From the IMG/VR virus record IMGVR_UViG_3300048597_000056, positions 1-54,057 of that record: DNA of 54,057 nt. One strand, 5' to 3'. The notes under the pieces are model-generated. The model saw only the letters and a list, made by a program, of their open reading frames with translations. It was not told the DNA's origin and made no database searches. Of this stretch, positions 35,735 to 45,116 are shown one piece after another. Each line of letters opens with the position of its first letter. Positions within the stretch are counted from its first letter, which is position 1. Position numbers and translations under genes: made by a program. This DNA comes from a virus (taxonomy: Duplodnaviria > Caudoviricetes).

Positions 35735-37993
35735 ATGGACCAGTGGTTCGACGAGAACGGCGAACCGCTAGGTTGGTTCGACGAAACCGCTGATCCCGGC
35801 GGGTGGTTCGCGCCCGAAGCGGCCGAGGGCGAAGCCTTCGAAGCCGCCCAAGGCGGTGATCCAGCCCCGCTGCCGCATCTTGGACTGCTACTAGAGCCAG
35901 TAGTAACGCACGCCGCCACAGGTGCGCTAGTTGCACAGTCGGCGGTCGTGGTCGGAGCGGCGCTTAGTCCGCATACATCAGCCGGCACGCTAGTCGCACA
36001 GAGCGCAGCAGTCTCCGGCAACGCTTCGCGCTTGCTGGCGCACGACTCGACGGGTGCGCTGGTCGCGCAAGCAGCAGTTGTCGCGGGTTCATCGGCGCAT
36101 CTTGCGCTGCACGCTTCAACGGGCACGCTGGCTGCGCAATCGGCTGATATCGCCGGCACCGCGCTGCGCCCACACACGTCTACGGGGGTGCTCGCAGCAC
36201 AAAGCGCAGTCAGCGCCGGCACATCGGTGCGTGCTGGCGTTGCGCAGGGCGGCGACCCTGCCCCGCTGCCCCACCTTGGCCTGCTGCTTGCACCGAACAA
36301 CGAGCATGCCGCGACGGGCGTACTTGCTGCGCAACCCGCGACGATAGCCGGCACTGCGGCGCACTACATCCTGCACACCTCGTCCGGTGCGCTTGTCTCG
36401 CAGTCCGCCGCCATCGCGGCCGCGGCACTGCACCCGCACACCGCCATCGCGGTCGCTGCCGCGCAGGCCGCATTGGTTGCAGGTACGGCGGCGCACGCAA
36501 CGCTGCACACCTCGACCGGCGCGCTCGCCGCGCAGCCGGCAACATTGGTCGGTGCTTCGCTTCGTCCTCACGTCGCCACCGGCACGCTTACCGCGCAAGC
36601 AGCAGATGTAGCCGGGGCGTCAGTACATTTAACGCTGCACACCTCGACCGGCACGGTCACCGCGCAAGCCGCGAGCGTCGCGGGCGCGGCGAGCACCGGA
36701 CAGGTCGCCAGCGGCGCACTCGCTGCACAAGCTGCAGTCGTTTCTGGCACCTCGACGCACTACACCCTGCACACCTCAACCGGCGCACTCGCAGCCGGCG
36801 CAGCGGTTGTAGCCGGCAATTCAGTCCGTTACGCGCTGCACACGTCTACGGGCGAGCTCGCAGCGCAGGCTGCGGTGCTCGCCGGCTCGGGCACCGTGTC
36901 TGCGGTGGCGCAAGGCGGCGATCCAGCGCCGCTGCCGCACATCGGGCTGCTGCTCGGTGCGATTCCAGCCGGCACGCACCCATCCAGCGGCACGCTCACC
37001 GCTGGCGCGGCAGTGGTTGCTGGCGAGGCGTTGCTCACGCCGGCTCGGCCGCCGAGAAGCACCGGCCCGGAAATCCCCGCGGCTTGGTATGCGGACCCTG
37101 GCTACGCGGCAATCTTCGGTCAAAAGGCCGCGGGCATCCCGCGCAGCTTGCTCAGCAACACCTTCACCTCGACAGGTGCACTCGCCGCGCAAGCTGCGGC
37201 TGTCGAGGGCGCCGCTGCACGCACGCACATTCACACCGCGACAGGCGCACTCGCCGCCGGTTCGAGCGCGGTTGCTGGCGACGCCAGTGTCGGCTCTGTC
37301 GCAACCGGCACGCTGACCGCGCAGGCCGCGACGGTAGCGGGTGCGGCAGCGCACGCCGTCACGCACGCTTCGAGCGGCGCACTGTCGGCAACGGCCGCCA
37401 CGGTTGCCGGTGCCGCCGCGCACCTGACGCTGCACGCTTCGGCCGGCGCGCTCTCTGCTGGCGCGTCAACAACCGCAGGCTCTGCCACTCGCGCCGCACC
37501 GTCGCACGACGCCACGGGCTCGATGAGCGCGCAGGCGGCTGCGGTTGTCGGTGCGGCGCTGCGGTTCGCGGTTCACACTTCGACTGGCGCGCTCGCCGCG
37601 GGCGCCGCGTCGGTGGCTGGCGCCGGCTCGGCGATCACGATCCACACGTCCGAAGGCGCTCTCGCTGCTGGCCCGGCGTCAATCGCGGGCGCCGCCGCGC
37701 ATAACATCGACCTCGCGGCAACGGGCACTCTCGTGGCAGGCGCGGCGTCAGTGTCTGGCGCAGCCGCAGTTATAAGCCCGCGCGCCTTTGCAGTTTGGGA
37801 CTTGGTGCTGGGAAATGGAATGACATCGGGCCAGACATTGCTGCAAGCGCACGACAAGGCGCTCGAATTCTGGATCGAGCACGGACTGCAATCTGGCACG
37901 CCGCTTGTGGTGACGCCCACTTCGACGACGGCCGGCGCAATCGAGTTGGCACTCGCAAACGACGGGACGCAGACCACTGTGCAGCGCGTATGA
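35735..37993 (+). CDS. Ala-rich repetitive fibre-like protein
   Basis: Many ~22-25 aa HxSTGALAAQAAxVAG repeats; three AQGGDPAPLPHxGLLL motifs. Confidence 0.8.
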   Translation: MDQWFDENGEPLGWFDETADPGGWFAPEAAEGEAFEAAQGGDPAPLPHLGLLLEPVVTHAATGALVAQSAVVVGAALSPHTSAGTLVAQSAAVSGNASRLLAHDSTGALVAQAAVVAGSSAHLALHASTGTLAAQSADIAGTALRPHTSTGVLAAQSAVSAGTSVRAGVAQGGDPAPLPHLGLLLAPNNEHAATGVLAAQPATIAGTAAHYILHTSSGALVSQSAAIAAAALHPHTAIAVAAAQAALVAGTAAHATLHTSTGALAAQPATLVGASLRPHVATGTLTAQAADVAGASVHLTLHTSTGTVTAQAASVAGAASTGQVASGALAAQAAVVSGTSTHYTLHTSTGALAAGAAVVAGNSVRYALHTSTGELAAQAAVLAGSGTVSAVAQGGDPAPLPHIGLLLGAIPAGTHPSSGTLTAGAAVVAGEALLTPARPPRSTGPEIPAAWYADPGYAAIFGQKAAGIPRSLLSNTFTSTGALAAQAAAVEGAAARTHIHTATGALAAGSSAVAGDASVGSVATGTLTAQAATVAGAAAHAVTHASSGALSATAATVAGAAAHLTLHASAGALSAGASTTAGSATRAAPSHDATGSMSAQAAAVVGAALRFAVHTSTGALAAGAASVAGAGSAITIHTSEGALAAGPASIAGAAAHNIDLAATGTLVAGAASVSGAAAVISPRAFAVWDLVLGNGMTSGQTLLQAHDKALEFWIEHGLQSGTPLVVTPTSTTAGAIELALANDGTQTTVQRV

Positions 37994-38214
37994 CGGACGA
38001 AGAATTTGCTCAACAGGTGTTTTCCGTACCGATTGGCGGTGTGCCGGCCGGGACGTTGCTGCAGTCGCTGCTCGTTTACGTCAAGGAGATGCATATCATC
38101 AACGGGTTGGACCCCGCCGCGCCGATGACGTTGACACAGATCTCGCGCGTGGCCGGGCTCATCACGCAGGCCATCTCCGAGTCGGAAAGCACGATCACCT
38201 ATGAGCGCACTTAA
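37990..38214 (+). CDS. Hypothetical protein resembling the C-terminus of the preceding fibre
   Basis: ATGA overlap; GLDPAAPMTLTQISRVAG resembles GLQSGTPLVVTPTSTTAG. Confidence 0.7.
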   Translation: MTDEEFAQQVFSVPIGGVPAGTLLQSLLVYVKEMHIINGLDPAAPMTLTQISRVAGLITQAISESESTITYERT

Positions 38215-38662
38215 TCCGCGCGCCATCGCTGCCCGCGGCGTCGGCTTCGAGCCGCGCGTGCGTGCTGCGTTGGGTTTGTGGCCGCTGGCCGACAGCGGGT
38301 TCAATGGTGGCGGAGCGCGATCGAAACCAAGGCGCACGCGCGAGGCGCGCGACCGGGAGCGGCTGGACGAACTGATGCGCCGGCTCGAACAGGTGCTAGA
38401 TGCAGCACCTTCGGCCGTTGTGCCGGGTGCCACGGCGTCGCCGATCACGTTCAGGACCGACAACGAGGCCGCCGCGCGCGTCGCCGAGGCACTGCGTCGC
38501 ATTGAATCGCCCGCCCCGCTGGCCGACGGCGACGAGGCGGCGATGGGCGCTATCCTGCGCGCCGCGAAAATGCGTGCTGCTGTCGGTGCCGAAACCGATG
38601 TGCGTGTCCGAAACAACCGCTGGCGCGCCATCGTGCTCGTCGCACTGCTGATGCTGTCATGA
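38201..38662 (+). CDS. Hypothetical protein
   Basis: LNPRAIAARGVGF start; hydrophobic end. Confidence 0.65.
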   Translation: MSALNPRAIAARGVGFEPRVRAALGLWPLADSGFNGGGARSKPRRTREARDRERLDELMRRLEQVLDAAPSAVVPGATASPITFRTDNEAAARVAEALRRIESPAPLADGDEAAMGAILRAAKMRAAVGAETDVRVRNNRWRAIVLVALLMLS

Positions 38663-38910
38663 ATAGAACTCAACACCCAACAAATAATGCCGTGCTCGGC
38701 GCACCGCCAGGCACCACCATTGAAGAATGCGGGGCGCTCCCAATAACGCGTCTCCAGTTCGATGATGGCTCGCTCGGAGTCGTGAGTTTCTGGCGGCCAT
38801 CTGCTGACGAGATCGCCAGGATCATTTCCGGACAGTCGATTCGGCTTTGTGTGATCGGCAGCACCCACGCACCCGTGGCGTTGGGCGTTGACGGGGATGG
38901 TTGGATATGA
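38659..38910 (+). CDS. Conserved small phage protein (CGALP...SFWRPSADE...HAPV)
   Basis: ATGA overlaps; recognisable motif. Confidence 0.75.
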   Translation: MNRTQHPTNNAVLGAPPGTTIEECGALPITRLQFDDGSLGVVSFWRPSADEIARIISGQSIRLCVIGSTHAPVALGVDGDGWI

Positions 38911-39926
38911 CCCAAAACGAGTCCCTTGTTGACGCCTCGATCGTGCATCAGATCGACTTGCAGTTCTACGCAAACGGCGTGGTGCGCGAGGAGGTCGGTG
39001 CGCTTAACGAGGATGACGCGGAAATCTTCGCGTTGCTCCTGGCCGCGCTGCTGGCGCTACCGCGCAACGCCACGCCCGCGCAGATAGACACTGCGCTCGG
39101 CCCAGCGCTGATGATGAGCGATCGCTCCTACGCGGACGTGTCGCGCGATCTGGCGGCGAAGATGGAAGATGTGGTCGAGACTGAGGCCGAATATCAGGCG
39201 GCACTGCTCGCCAAGTCGCAGCCGAAGGCACCCGACAAGCTGGACACGGGCGCGACGTTTGGCGAAATGATGGCGGTGCCGATCATCGGCATGACCATCG
39301 CGGAAACCATGCGTAGCCTGGCCGAGTCGCGCAAGGCGACGATTCGCAATACCGTGCAAGCCGGGTTCGTCAACGGCCAGACGGCCGAGGAAATTGTCCG
39401 GTCGCTGCGCGGCACGCGCGCTGCGAACTTCACCGATGGTCTGTTCAACCGTGCACGCATCGCGCTGGAGACCACGGTGCGCACGGCGCTAAGTCACGCG
39501 GCGGAATTCACCAGCGCCGCGTTTCACGCGCTCAATTCCGATATTGTGCGCGCCGTGGTGTGGTTGTCGGTGCTGGACGGGCGAACAAGTTCATGGTGCA
39601 TCGCCCGCTCCGGCAAGCGCTACACCGCCGACGCGGCGCATCGCCCGATCGGCCACAACTACGATTGGGGCGCCGGGCCGGGCAGGTATCACTACAACTG
39701 CCGCTCGACCTTTGCCCCTCTGGTGGCGGGTGAGGTGCCGAACTCGAATCGTTTTGCCGACTGGCTGAAGAAGCAGCCGGCCAAAGTTCAAGATGAAGTA
39801 TTGGGGCCGACGCGCGGCAAGATGTACCGCTCCGGCCAGATCGGCGTCGAGGGGTTTCTGAACAACAAAGGTAAGCTGTTAACCCTCGAACAACTCAAGG
39901 CCAAAAACGCTGGAGCGCCGCAATAA
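38907..39926 (+). CDS. Head morphogenesis protein (SPP1 gp7 / Mu F-like)
   Basis: TVRTA, WLSVLDGRTSSWC, HYNCRST, QDEVLG motifs. Confidence 0.9.
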   Translation: MTQNESLVDASIVHQIDLQFYANGVVREEVGALNEDDAEIFALLLAALLALPRNATPAQIDTALGPALMMSDRSYADVSRDLAAKMEDVVETEAEYQAALLAKSQPKAPDKLDTGATFGEMMAVPIIGMTIAETMRSLAESRKATIRNTVQAGFVNGQTAEEIVRSLRGTRAANFTDGLFNRARIALETTVRTALSHAAEFTSAAFHALNSDIVRAVVWLSVLDGRTSSWCIARSGKRYTADAAHRPIGHNYDWGAGPGRYHYNCRSTFAPLVAGEVPNSNRFADWLKKQPAKVQDEVLGPTRGKMYRSGQIGVEGFLNNKGKLLTLEQLKAKNAGAPQ

Positions 39927-39931
39927 ATTCT

Positions 39932-39961
39932 TTGTCTTTCAAAACCGCTTTGTCGTAGAAT
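39932..39961 (+). promoter_or_regulatory. Possible promoter for the scaffold-capsid genes
   Basis: TTGTCT-N18-TAGAAT in an AT-rich intergenic gap. Confidence 0.35.
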
Positions 39962-40007
39962 CCAACTATTGTGAAAAAGTCAAGCACTTTTGCACGTAAC
40001 TGCCTTC

Positions 40008-40077
40008 AACCCGGATGGGTTGCGGGCGCTTTGGGCCGGATGGCCCTTTCGCACTGTCTGGGTGGATGCCCGCAGGA
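40008..40077 (+). promoter_or_regulatory. Three GGAT-loop hairpins in the scaffold 5' leader
   Basis: aacccGGATgggtt, gggccGGATggccc, gggtGGATgccc, followed by AGGA. Confidence 0.6.
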
Positions 40078-40092
40078 ACCTCAACTCAACCC

Positions 40093-40860
40093 ATGAAGCT
40101 CAAACTCACCGCCGAAGGGCATGCCGTCGTTCAGGATGGCAAGCCGGTCTACGTTCACGACGACGGCAAAGAAGTCGCCTTCGACGCACCCGGTACGGTC
40201 GCCACGATCAGCCGCCTCAACTCCGAGGCCAAAGGTCACCGCGAACGCGCCGAAGCCGCCGAAGCTGCGCTCAAGCCGTTTGCAGGCATCGAGGACGCAG
40301 CCAAGGCCCGCAAGGCGCTGGAACTGGTGGCCAATCTCGATGCGAAGAAGCTGGTGGATGCCGGCGAGCGTGACAAGGCCATCGAACAAGCGATCAAGGC
40401 GGTGGAGGATCGATTCGCACCTATCGTCAAGACCAAAGAGACGTTGGAAGCCCAATTGCACGCCCACATGGTCGGCGGCGCGTTCAGTCGCAGCAAGTAC
40501 ATTGCCGACAAGTTCGCCACCGAAGGCCCTGCGGGCGTGGAAATCGCGCAAGCGCTGTTTGGGAATCGGCTCAAGGTCGAGGATGGTAAGGTGGTCGCAT
40601 ACGACGCCAACGGGGCCAAGATTTACTCGCGGGCGCGGCCCGGCGAACTGGCGGACCCCGATGAAGCGATCGAACAACTGGTCGAGTCGCACCCCTACAA
40701 GGCGCATCTCATCAAGGGTTCGGGCGCGTCGGGCGGCGGCGCTGCGGCTGGTGCAGGTCCGGGCAACAACGGGTTCAGCGGTCAACTCAAAGGCAAGCTC
40801 GACGGCACTCCCGACGAGCGCACGGCGTATTTCAAATCGAAGTACTCCGAACTCAAGTAA
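40093..40860 (+). CDS. Capsid scaffolding protein (DUF6651-like)
   Basis: MKLKL...GKPVYVHDDGKEVAFDA; IYSRARPGELA; directly upstream of the capsid gene. Confidence 0.85.
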   Translation: MKLKLTAEGHAVVQDGKPVYVHDDGKEVAFDAPGTVATISRLNSEAKGHRERAEAAEAALKPFAGIEDAAKARKALELVANLDAKKLVDAGERDKAIEQAIKAVEDRFAPIVKTKETLEAQLHAHMVGGAFSRSKYIADKFATEGPAGVEIAQALFGNRLKVEDGKVVAYDANGAKIYSRARPGELADPDEAIEQLVESHPYKAHLIKGSGASGGGAAAGAGPGNNGFSGQLKGKLDGTPDERTAYFKSKYSELK

Positions 40861-40902
40861 CCAAGCTCGGGCAAGAGTCCTGGGCGCGAAAGGTATTTCA
40901 GC

Positions 40903-41865
40903 ATGGCACTCAGCGACATGAAGGTCTTCAACGAATACGTTCGTGAGGCCACCATCGAAACCGTCGCCCAGATGGTTGATAAGTTCAACGGCGCCAGCGC
41001 CGGAGCGATTCAACTGTCCACCACGGGCTTCGACGGCGACTACATGATGCGGTCGAGCTTCAGCTCGCTGCACGCCGCCCAGCGCCGCGTGGACCGCTAC
41101 GCAACGAACACTTCCGCCTCCTCGACGGCGCTGGCTCAGATGCAGCACAACACCGTCAAGATCGCGGGTGGCTTCGGCCCGATCGCCTGGGAGCCGGCGC
41201 AGCTGCGCTGGGTCGGCGACAACCCGGCCGCAGCCGTCGAGGTCATCTCGCGCAACATGGCCGAGGCGATCATGAAGGATATGCTCAACACCGCGATTGC
41301 CGCGGCTGTGGCGGCCATCGAGAACGTGGGTTCGACTGTCGTCAACGACACCGGCACTGGCCCGATCACCTACACCGACATTAACGGTGCGCACGCCAAG
41401 TTCGGCGACATGAGCCAACTGCTGATCTGCGACGTGATGGACGGCACGACCTACCATGCGCTGATCGCCGCCAACCTGACCAACACCCCGCAACTGTTCC
41501 AGGCCGGCAACGTCACCGTGGTCGAAATTCTGGGCAAGCGCGTGGTCATCACCGACGCCCCGGCGCTGCGCGAAACGGGCTCGGGTGCCGATCAGAAGGT
41601 GCTGTCTCTGGTGTCTGGTGGTGTGATCGTGCATGACGCGGGTGATCTGGTCACCAACATCGAAACCACGAACGGCGCCCAGCGCATCACGACCACGATG
41701 CAGGCGGACTACACCTTTGGGCTGGGCCTGAAGGGCTACGCTTGGGACACGACCAGCGGCGGCAAGTCCCCGACCGACGCCGAACTGGCGACCGGCTCGA
41801 ACTGGGACAAGATCGCCACGAGCGTGAAGCACACCGCAGGCGTCCTGACGCTGGCGAACATCTAA
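40903..41865 (+). CDS. Major capsid protein
   Basis: 320 aa, strong codon bias; FNGASAGAI, LGLKGYAWD, SPTDAELATGSNW motifs. Confidence 0.9.
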   Translation: MALSDMKVFNEYVREATIETVAQMVDKFNGASAGAIQLSTTGFDGDYMMRSSFSSLHAAQRRVDRYATNTSASSTALAQMQHNTVKIAGGFGPIAWEPAQLRWVGDNPAAAVEVISRNMAEAIMKDMLNTAIAAAVAAIENVGSTVVNDTGTGPITYTDINGAHAKFGDMSQLLICDVMDGTTYHALIAANLTNTPQLFQAGNVTVVEILGKRVVITDAPALRETGSGADQKVLSLVSGGVIVHDAGDLVTNIETTNGAQRITTTMQADYTFGLGLKGYAWDTTSGGKSPTDAELATGSNWDKIATSVKHTAGVLTLANI

Positions 41866-41892
41866 ATCGGAGGGCCGGCAACGGCCACCGAC

Positions 41893-42450
41893 ATGGATGC
41901 GCTGTTAGACCGCGAGGCTACCAAGTACCGCGCCACTTGGGCGAACCCGCTTTACCGTGAGGTTTCGCCAGGTGCGCGGCACTTGGCGTTCGCGCTCGAA
42001 TGGATGCAGCCCGACCCATATTCCTCATTCACCGATTGGGGCTGCGGGACGGGCCGCGTCGCGGCGGAACTGTACGGGCGCGAATTCGACGTGCGCCTGG
42101 TGGACATCGCAGCCAACGCCTACACGGGCAAACTGTCGTTCATTGAAGCCTGTCTTTGGGCGTTGCCTGATGATCTCGGGCCGACCGACTACGGGTTCTG
42201 TGCCGATGTGATGGAGCACATCCCAACGGAGCGCGTCGATGATGTCTTTGCGGGCATCGCGGCGCGCACGCGCAAGGCGTGCTTCTTTCAGATTGCGCTG
42301 TTTCACGACAACCACTTTCGGCAAAACGGGCCGCTGCATTTGAGTGTGTTCCCGCCGGAGTGGTGGGCGGACAAAATCGCGCCGCACTTCGGCACGGTTG
42401 AACTCAAGTTGATTAGGCGCAAGCACGTCTTGCTGTTGGCGCGGCCATGA
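41893..42450 (+). CDS. Class I SAM-dependent methyltransferase
   Basis: DWGCGTG motif I; CADVMEHIP. Confidence 0.85.
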   Translation: MDALLDREATKYRATWANPLYREVSPGARHLAFALEWMQPDPYSSFTDWGCGTGRVAAELYGREFDVRLVDIAANAYTGKLSFIEACLWALPDDLGPTDYGFCADVMEHIPTERVDDVFAGIAARTRKACFFQIALFHDNHFRQNGPLHLSVFPPEWWADKIAPHFGTVELKLIRRKHVLLLARP

Positions 42451-43139
42451 TTGCGCTGCGCAGCTTCGGCGAACTGGTGATGCGGCACAAGGGTGCGCGC
42501 ATCTGCGTGATGGGCGGAAGCCATTGCCTAGCTGCTGATCTGGAGAAGGTGGATGCCGACATCTGGGTCAGCGCGAATCAGCACGGCGCAAAGCTGCGCC
42601 CGGTGGACTACGTGGTGGCGATGGACAACCTGCACACGATTCAACGTGTGCTGATGTTGGACATCATCCGCGAACACACCGACGCGCCGATCATTGGGCC
42701 GTGGCACTGGTGCGACTACGGAATCACCAACTACCCGTTGGCTCCGCGCCTGATGTTCACCGGCATCGTCGCGCACTGGCTGGCGGGCATGATGGGCGGG
42801 CATCCGGTCATCCTGGCCGGGTATGACTGCTACGGCGGCAAGCACCGGACGTTCTCCCACCACAAGGAGTACGTGCCGCACATGGCGAACACGCAAGTGC
42901 GCGTTGTGAGCGGGCCGCTGCAAGAAGTCTGGCCGACCTACGATCCGGGCGAGAAGTTCGCGCCCTATGTGGTACCTGACGACTTGGACATCGAACGCGA
43001 ACACGGCGTCGTGGTCAAGGTCATCAAACCCGTGCCAATTCGCGGTATCGAATATCCAGTCGGCACCATGTTGCGCGTCCCGAAGGCCGAAGTCTGGCGC
43101 CAGATCAAACACCGTTCACTGATGGAGGTCGCTGCCTGA
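42447..43139 (+). CDS. Putative glycosyltransferase (Maf/DUF115 or sialyltransferase-like fold)
   Basis: ICVMGGSHCL, SAN, DYVVAMD, TG..A, VILAGYDC motif order. Confidence 0.5.
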   Translation: MIALRSFGELVMRHKGARICVMGGSHCLAADLEKVDADIWVSANQHGAKLRPVDYVVAMDNLHTIQRVLMLDIIREHTDAPIIGPWHWCDYGITNYPLAPRLMFTGIVAHWLAGMMGGHPVILAGYDCYGGKHRTFSHHKEYVPHMANTQVRVVSGPLQEVWPTYDPGEKFAPYVVPDDLDIEREHGVVVKVIKPVPIRGIEYPVGTMLRVPKAEVWRQIKHRSLMEVAA

Positions 43140-43315
43140 TGGGCACACGTCAACGCCCCGTGATTTATGAACCGCACCCGGTTAGCCGCGAGCGCAAGGC
43201 AGAGCTTCGCGCGCAAGGCTACAACATCATCGACGCCAAATTCGCCCCGCCTGCTGCAAGGCAACCGTTGAAGGCGCGCAAGTCTCGCAATCAATCTCCC
43301 GAAGGAGTCCAGTAA
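43139..43315 (+). CDS. Small conserved head-associated protein (YEPHPVSRERKAELRAQGY), not in ORF track
   Basis: GGAGG SD, TGATG overlap; 58 aa. Confidence 0.75.
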   Translation: MGTRQRPVIYEPHPVSRERKAELRAQGYNIIDAKFAPPAARQPLKARKSRNQSPEGVQ

Positions 43316-44332
43316 ATGGCTACCGCTGAACAAGCAAAACTGCAATACGAGGCGGGGCAAAGCTCCACCGCCATGACCCTGCTGACGAACAGCGGGGACG
43401 AAACCACGTTTACCAGTGCCGCGACGCTGTGGTCGGGCCGCTCGGGTTACGCGCCCGTCGTGCGAGTGAACGGTCTGCTCACTGGCGGGCTAGTTACTGT
43501 GGACGATGCCGCCGCAAACAATGCCGTTGACGTGGCCGCGCTGACCTGCAATCTGGCCGGCGTGGTGACTTCGGTCAGCGCCGGTAGCGTGAGCATCACG
43601 CGCCCGGCGACGGCCGTGTCAAAGATCAACTCCGTGACGGTCGATTCGGCCGGCGCGCTGGCAATGGTGGCGGGTACCGATGGAGCGACGACCGCTTTCA
43701 GTGAGACTCGCGCGGCGGCGGGTGGCCCTCCGTTGATCCCTGTGGGTTCGATCGAGATTGCCCAGGTGCGCGTCACCAGCAACACGGCCGGCCCGATCGT
43801 GGCGAGCGAGATTTTCCAGGTGGTCGGCCTGCACCAAGAGCGCGCCGATTTCCCGCTGTACGACATCAACTATGGCCCGACCATCGTGGACGGCGTGCAG
43901 ACGAAGGCGGGCGGCTCCGTGACGTTCATCTCGGCGCTGCCTGAGATCCACACCGGGCCGGTACCGAAGCGTGTCTACGCCTCGTATGCCACACCGATCT
44001 TCGCGGACGTGGCGCTGGCGTCGGACTTCGTGCCGCCGGAAACGTCGAACAGCGTCACCAGCACGCAGGTCTACGGCACGACCATCGGCGCGGCGTCTAG
44101 CACGTTGAACCAGGGTTCGTTCACCGCCTACCTGACAAACGGCATCACCGACGCGCTGGTGCAGTTGAAGAATGCGACGCTGTGGTTCAAGTTCTACGCC
44201 GATCGCTACGCCGCGCCGTACATGCTGACGCAGGGGAAGCTCGGCATCGCGCGCACGTTCCCCGTGGCCGATCAGGTGCAGGCCGCTTGCACCATCTCCG
44301 CGACCGTCGCGGCGGTCGAAATCTCGTCCTAA
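43316..44332 (+). CDS. Probable major tail tube protein
   Basis: AAGGAG SD; position before chaperone and tape measure. Confidence 0.7.
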   Translation: MATAEQAKLQYEAGQSSTAMTLLTNSGDETTFTSAATLWSGRSGYAPVVRVNGLLTGGLVTVDDAAANNAVDVAALTCNLAGVVTSVSAGSVSITRPATAVSKINSVTVDSAGALAMVAGTDGATTAFSETRAAAGGPPLIPVGSIEIAQVRVTSNTAGPIVASEIFQVVGLHQERADFPLYDINYGPTIVDGVQTKAGGSVTFISALPEIHTGPVPKRVYASYATPIFADVALASDFVPPETSNSVTSTQVYGTTIGAASSTLNQGSFTAYLTNGITDALVQLKNATLWFKFYADRYAAPYMLTQGKLGIARTFPVADQVQAACTISATVAAVEISS

Positions 44333-44454
44333 AGGGGCGTTTCACGACGACGCACATAGGGACGCCAGGGATGGACCGGAAAAACCGCCCCTGGCCCCGA
44401 TTTGCTGGGTTCCTTGATGGTTGTCTCTTGTGGCCGTGTCTCGAAGCGGCCTTA

Positions 44455-44497
44455 GCGTCCCCGATCGGTTCCGGCCGGTCGGGGCGCGTTTTGTCTT
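44455..44497 (+). terminator. Intrinsic terminator-like hairpin after the tail tube gene
   Basis: ccccgatcgg-ttccgg-ccggtcgggg stem, then cgc and gttttgtctt. Confidence 0.6.
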
Positions 44498-44508
44498 GAG
44501 GGGCGCCA

Positions 44509-44967
44509 GTGGGATTCAATGCAGACAAGTTCATGCAGGAAAAGCTGGAGGCGCGGCGCAAGCTGGTGCCCGTGCCAGCGCTTGCGTCATGGTTTGACGA
44601 AGGCGAACCGGCGCAGTGGGAAGTGCGCGGGCTGACTTCCAATGAGCTGTACTTGGCGAACGACGCCAAACAGCGCCGCAGCACCACTGACAACATCATC
44701 AAAGCGCTGACCGAATCCGGCGATCAGGCGAAAGCCATTCGCGAGGCGATCGGACTGACAAACAACACGCCCGGCGAGGTGGTCAAGCGGCTGGAGATGC
44801 TCGTCATGGGTTCCGTCACACCGAAGATCGAACTGCCGCTGGCGGTGAAGCTCGCTGAGGCGTTCCCGATCGAGTTCCTTATGCTGACCAACGAGATCAC
44901 CACCCTTACCGGGATGGGCTACGACGTTGTAAAGCCTCCCGCCGCCTCGCAGCCGATCCCGGACTGA
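44509..44967 (+). CDS. Tail assembly chaperone (gpG-like)
   Basis: GAGG SD and GTG start; between tube and tape measure. Confidence 0.75.
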   Translation: MGFNADKFMQEKLEARRKLVPVPALASWFDEGEPAQWEVRGLTSNELYLANDAKQRRSTTDNIIKALTESGDQAKAIREAIGLTNNTPGEVVKRLEMLVMGSVTPKIELPLAVKLAEAFPIEFLMLTNEITTLTGMGYDVVKPPAASQPIPD

Positions 44968-44975
44968 GTGCCACG

Positions 44976-45116
44976 ATGGCCATGATCGACAAGCGCGGCG
45001 GCTTCCTGTACGAGCACCGTCCGGACATCATCCCGCAGGGGTTCGTGACCGAGGAGGAAATCTCGCTGTGGTCGGCGTTCTACGAGCGCCGGGCCGCGGA
45101 GCAAAAGCGTGGCTGA
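44976..45116 (+). CDS. Tail chaperone extension (gpT-like) in the -1 frame
   Basis: -1 frame open from A_AAG at 44931; FLYEHRPD...EISLWSAFY. Confidence 0.65.
   Translation: MAMIDKRGGFLYEHRPDIIPQGFVTEEEISLWSAFYERRAAEQKRG

Noticed and set aside
41868-41890. Hairpin after the capsid gene as a terminator
   Set aside because: Short imperfect stem with no U-tract, and the next ATG follows within a few bases
44333-44508. tRNA gene in the structured spacer
   Set aside because: No T-loop GTTCRA, D-loop or cloverleaf of the right size; no tRNA was recognised anywhere
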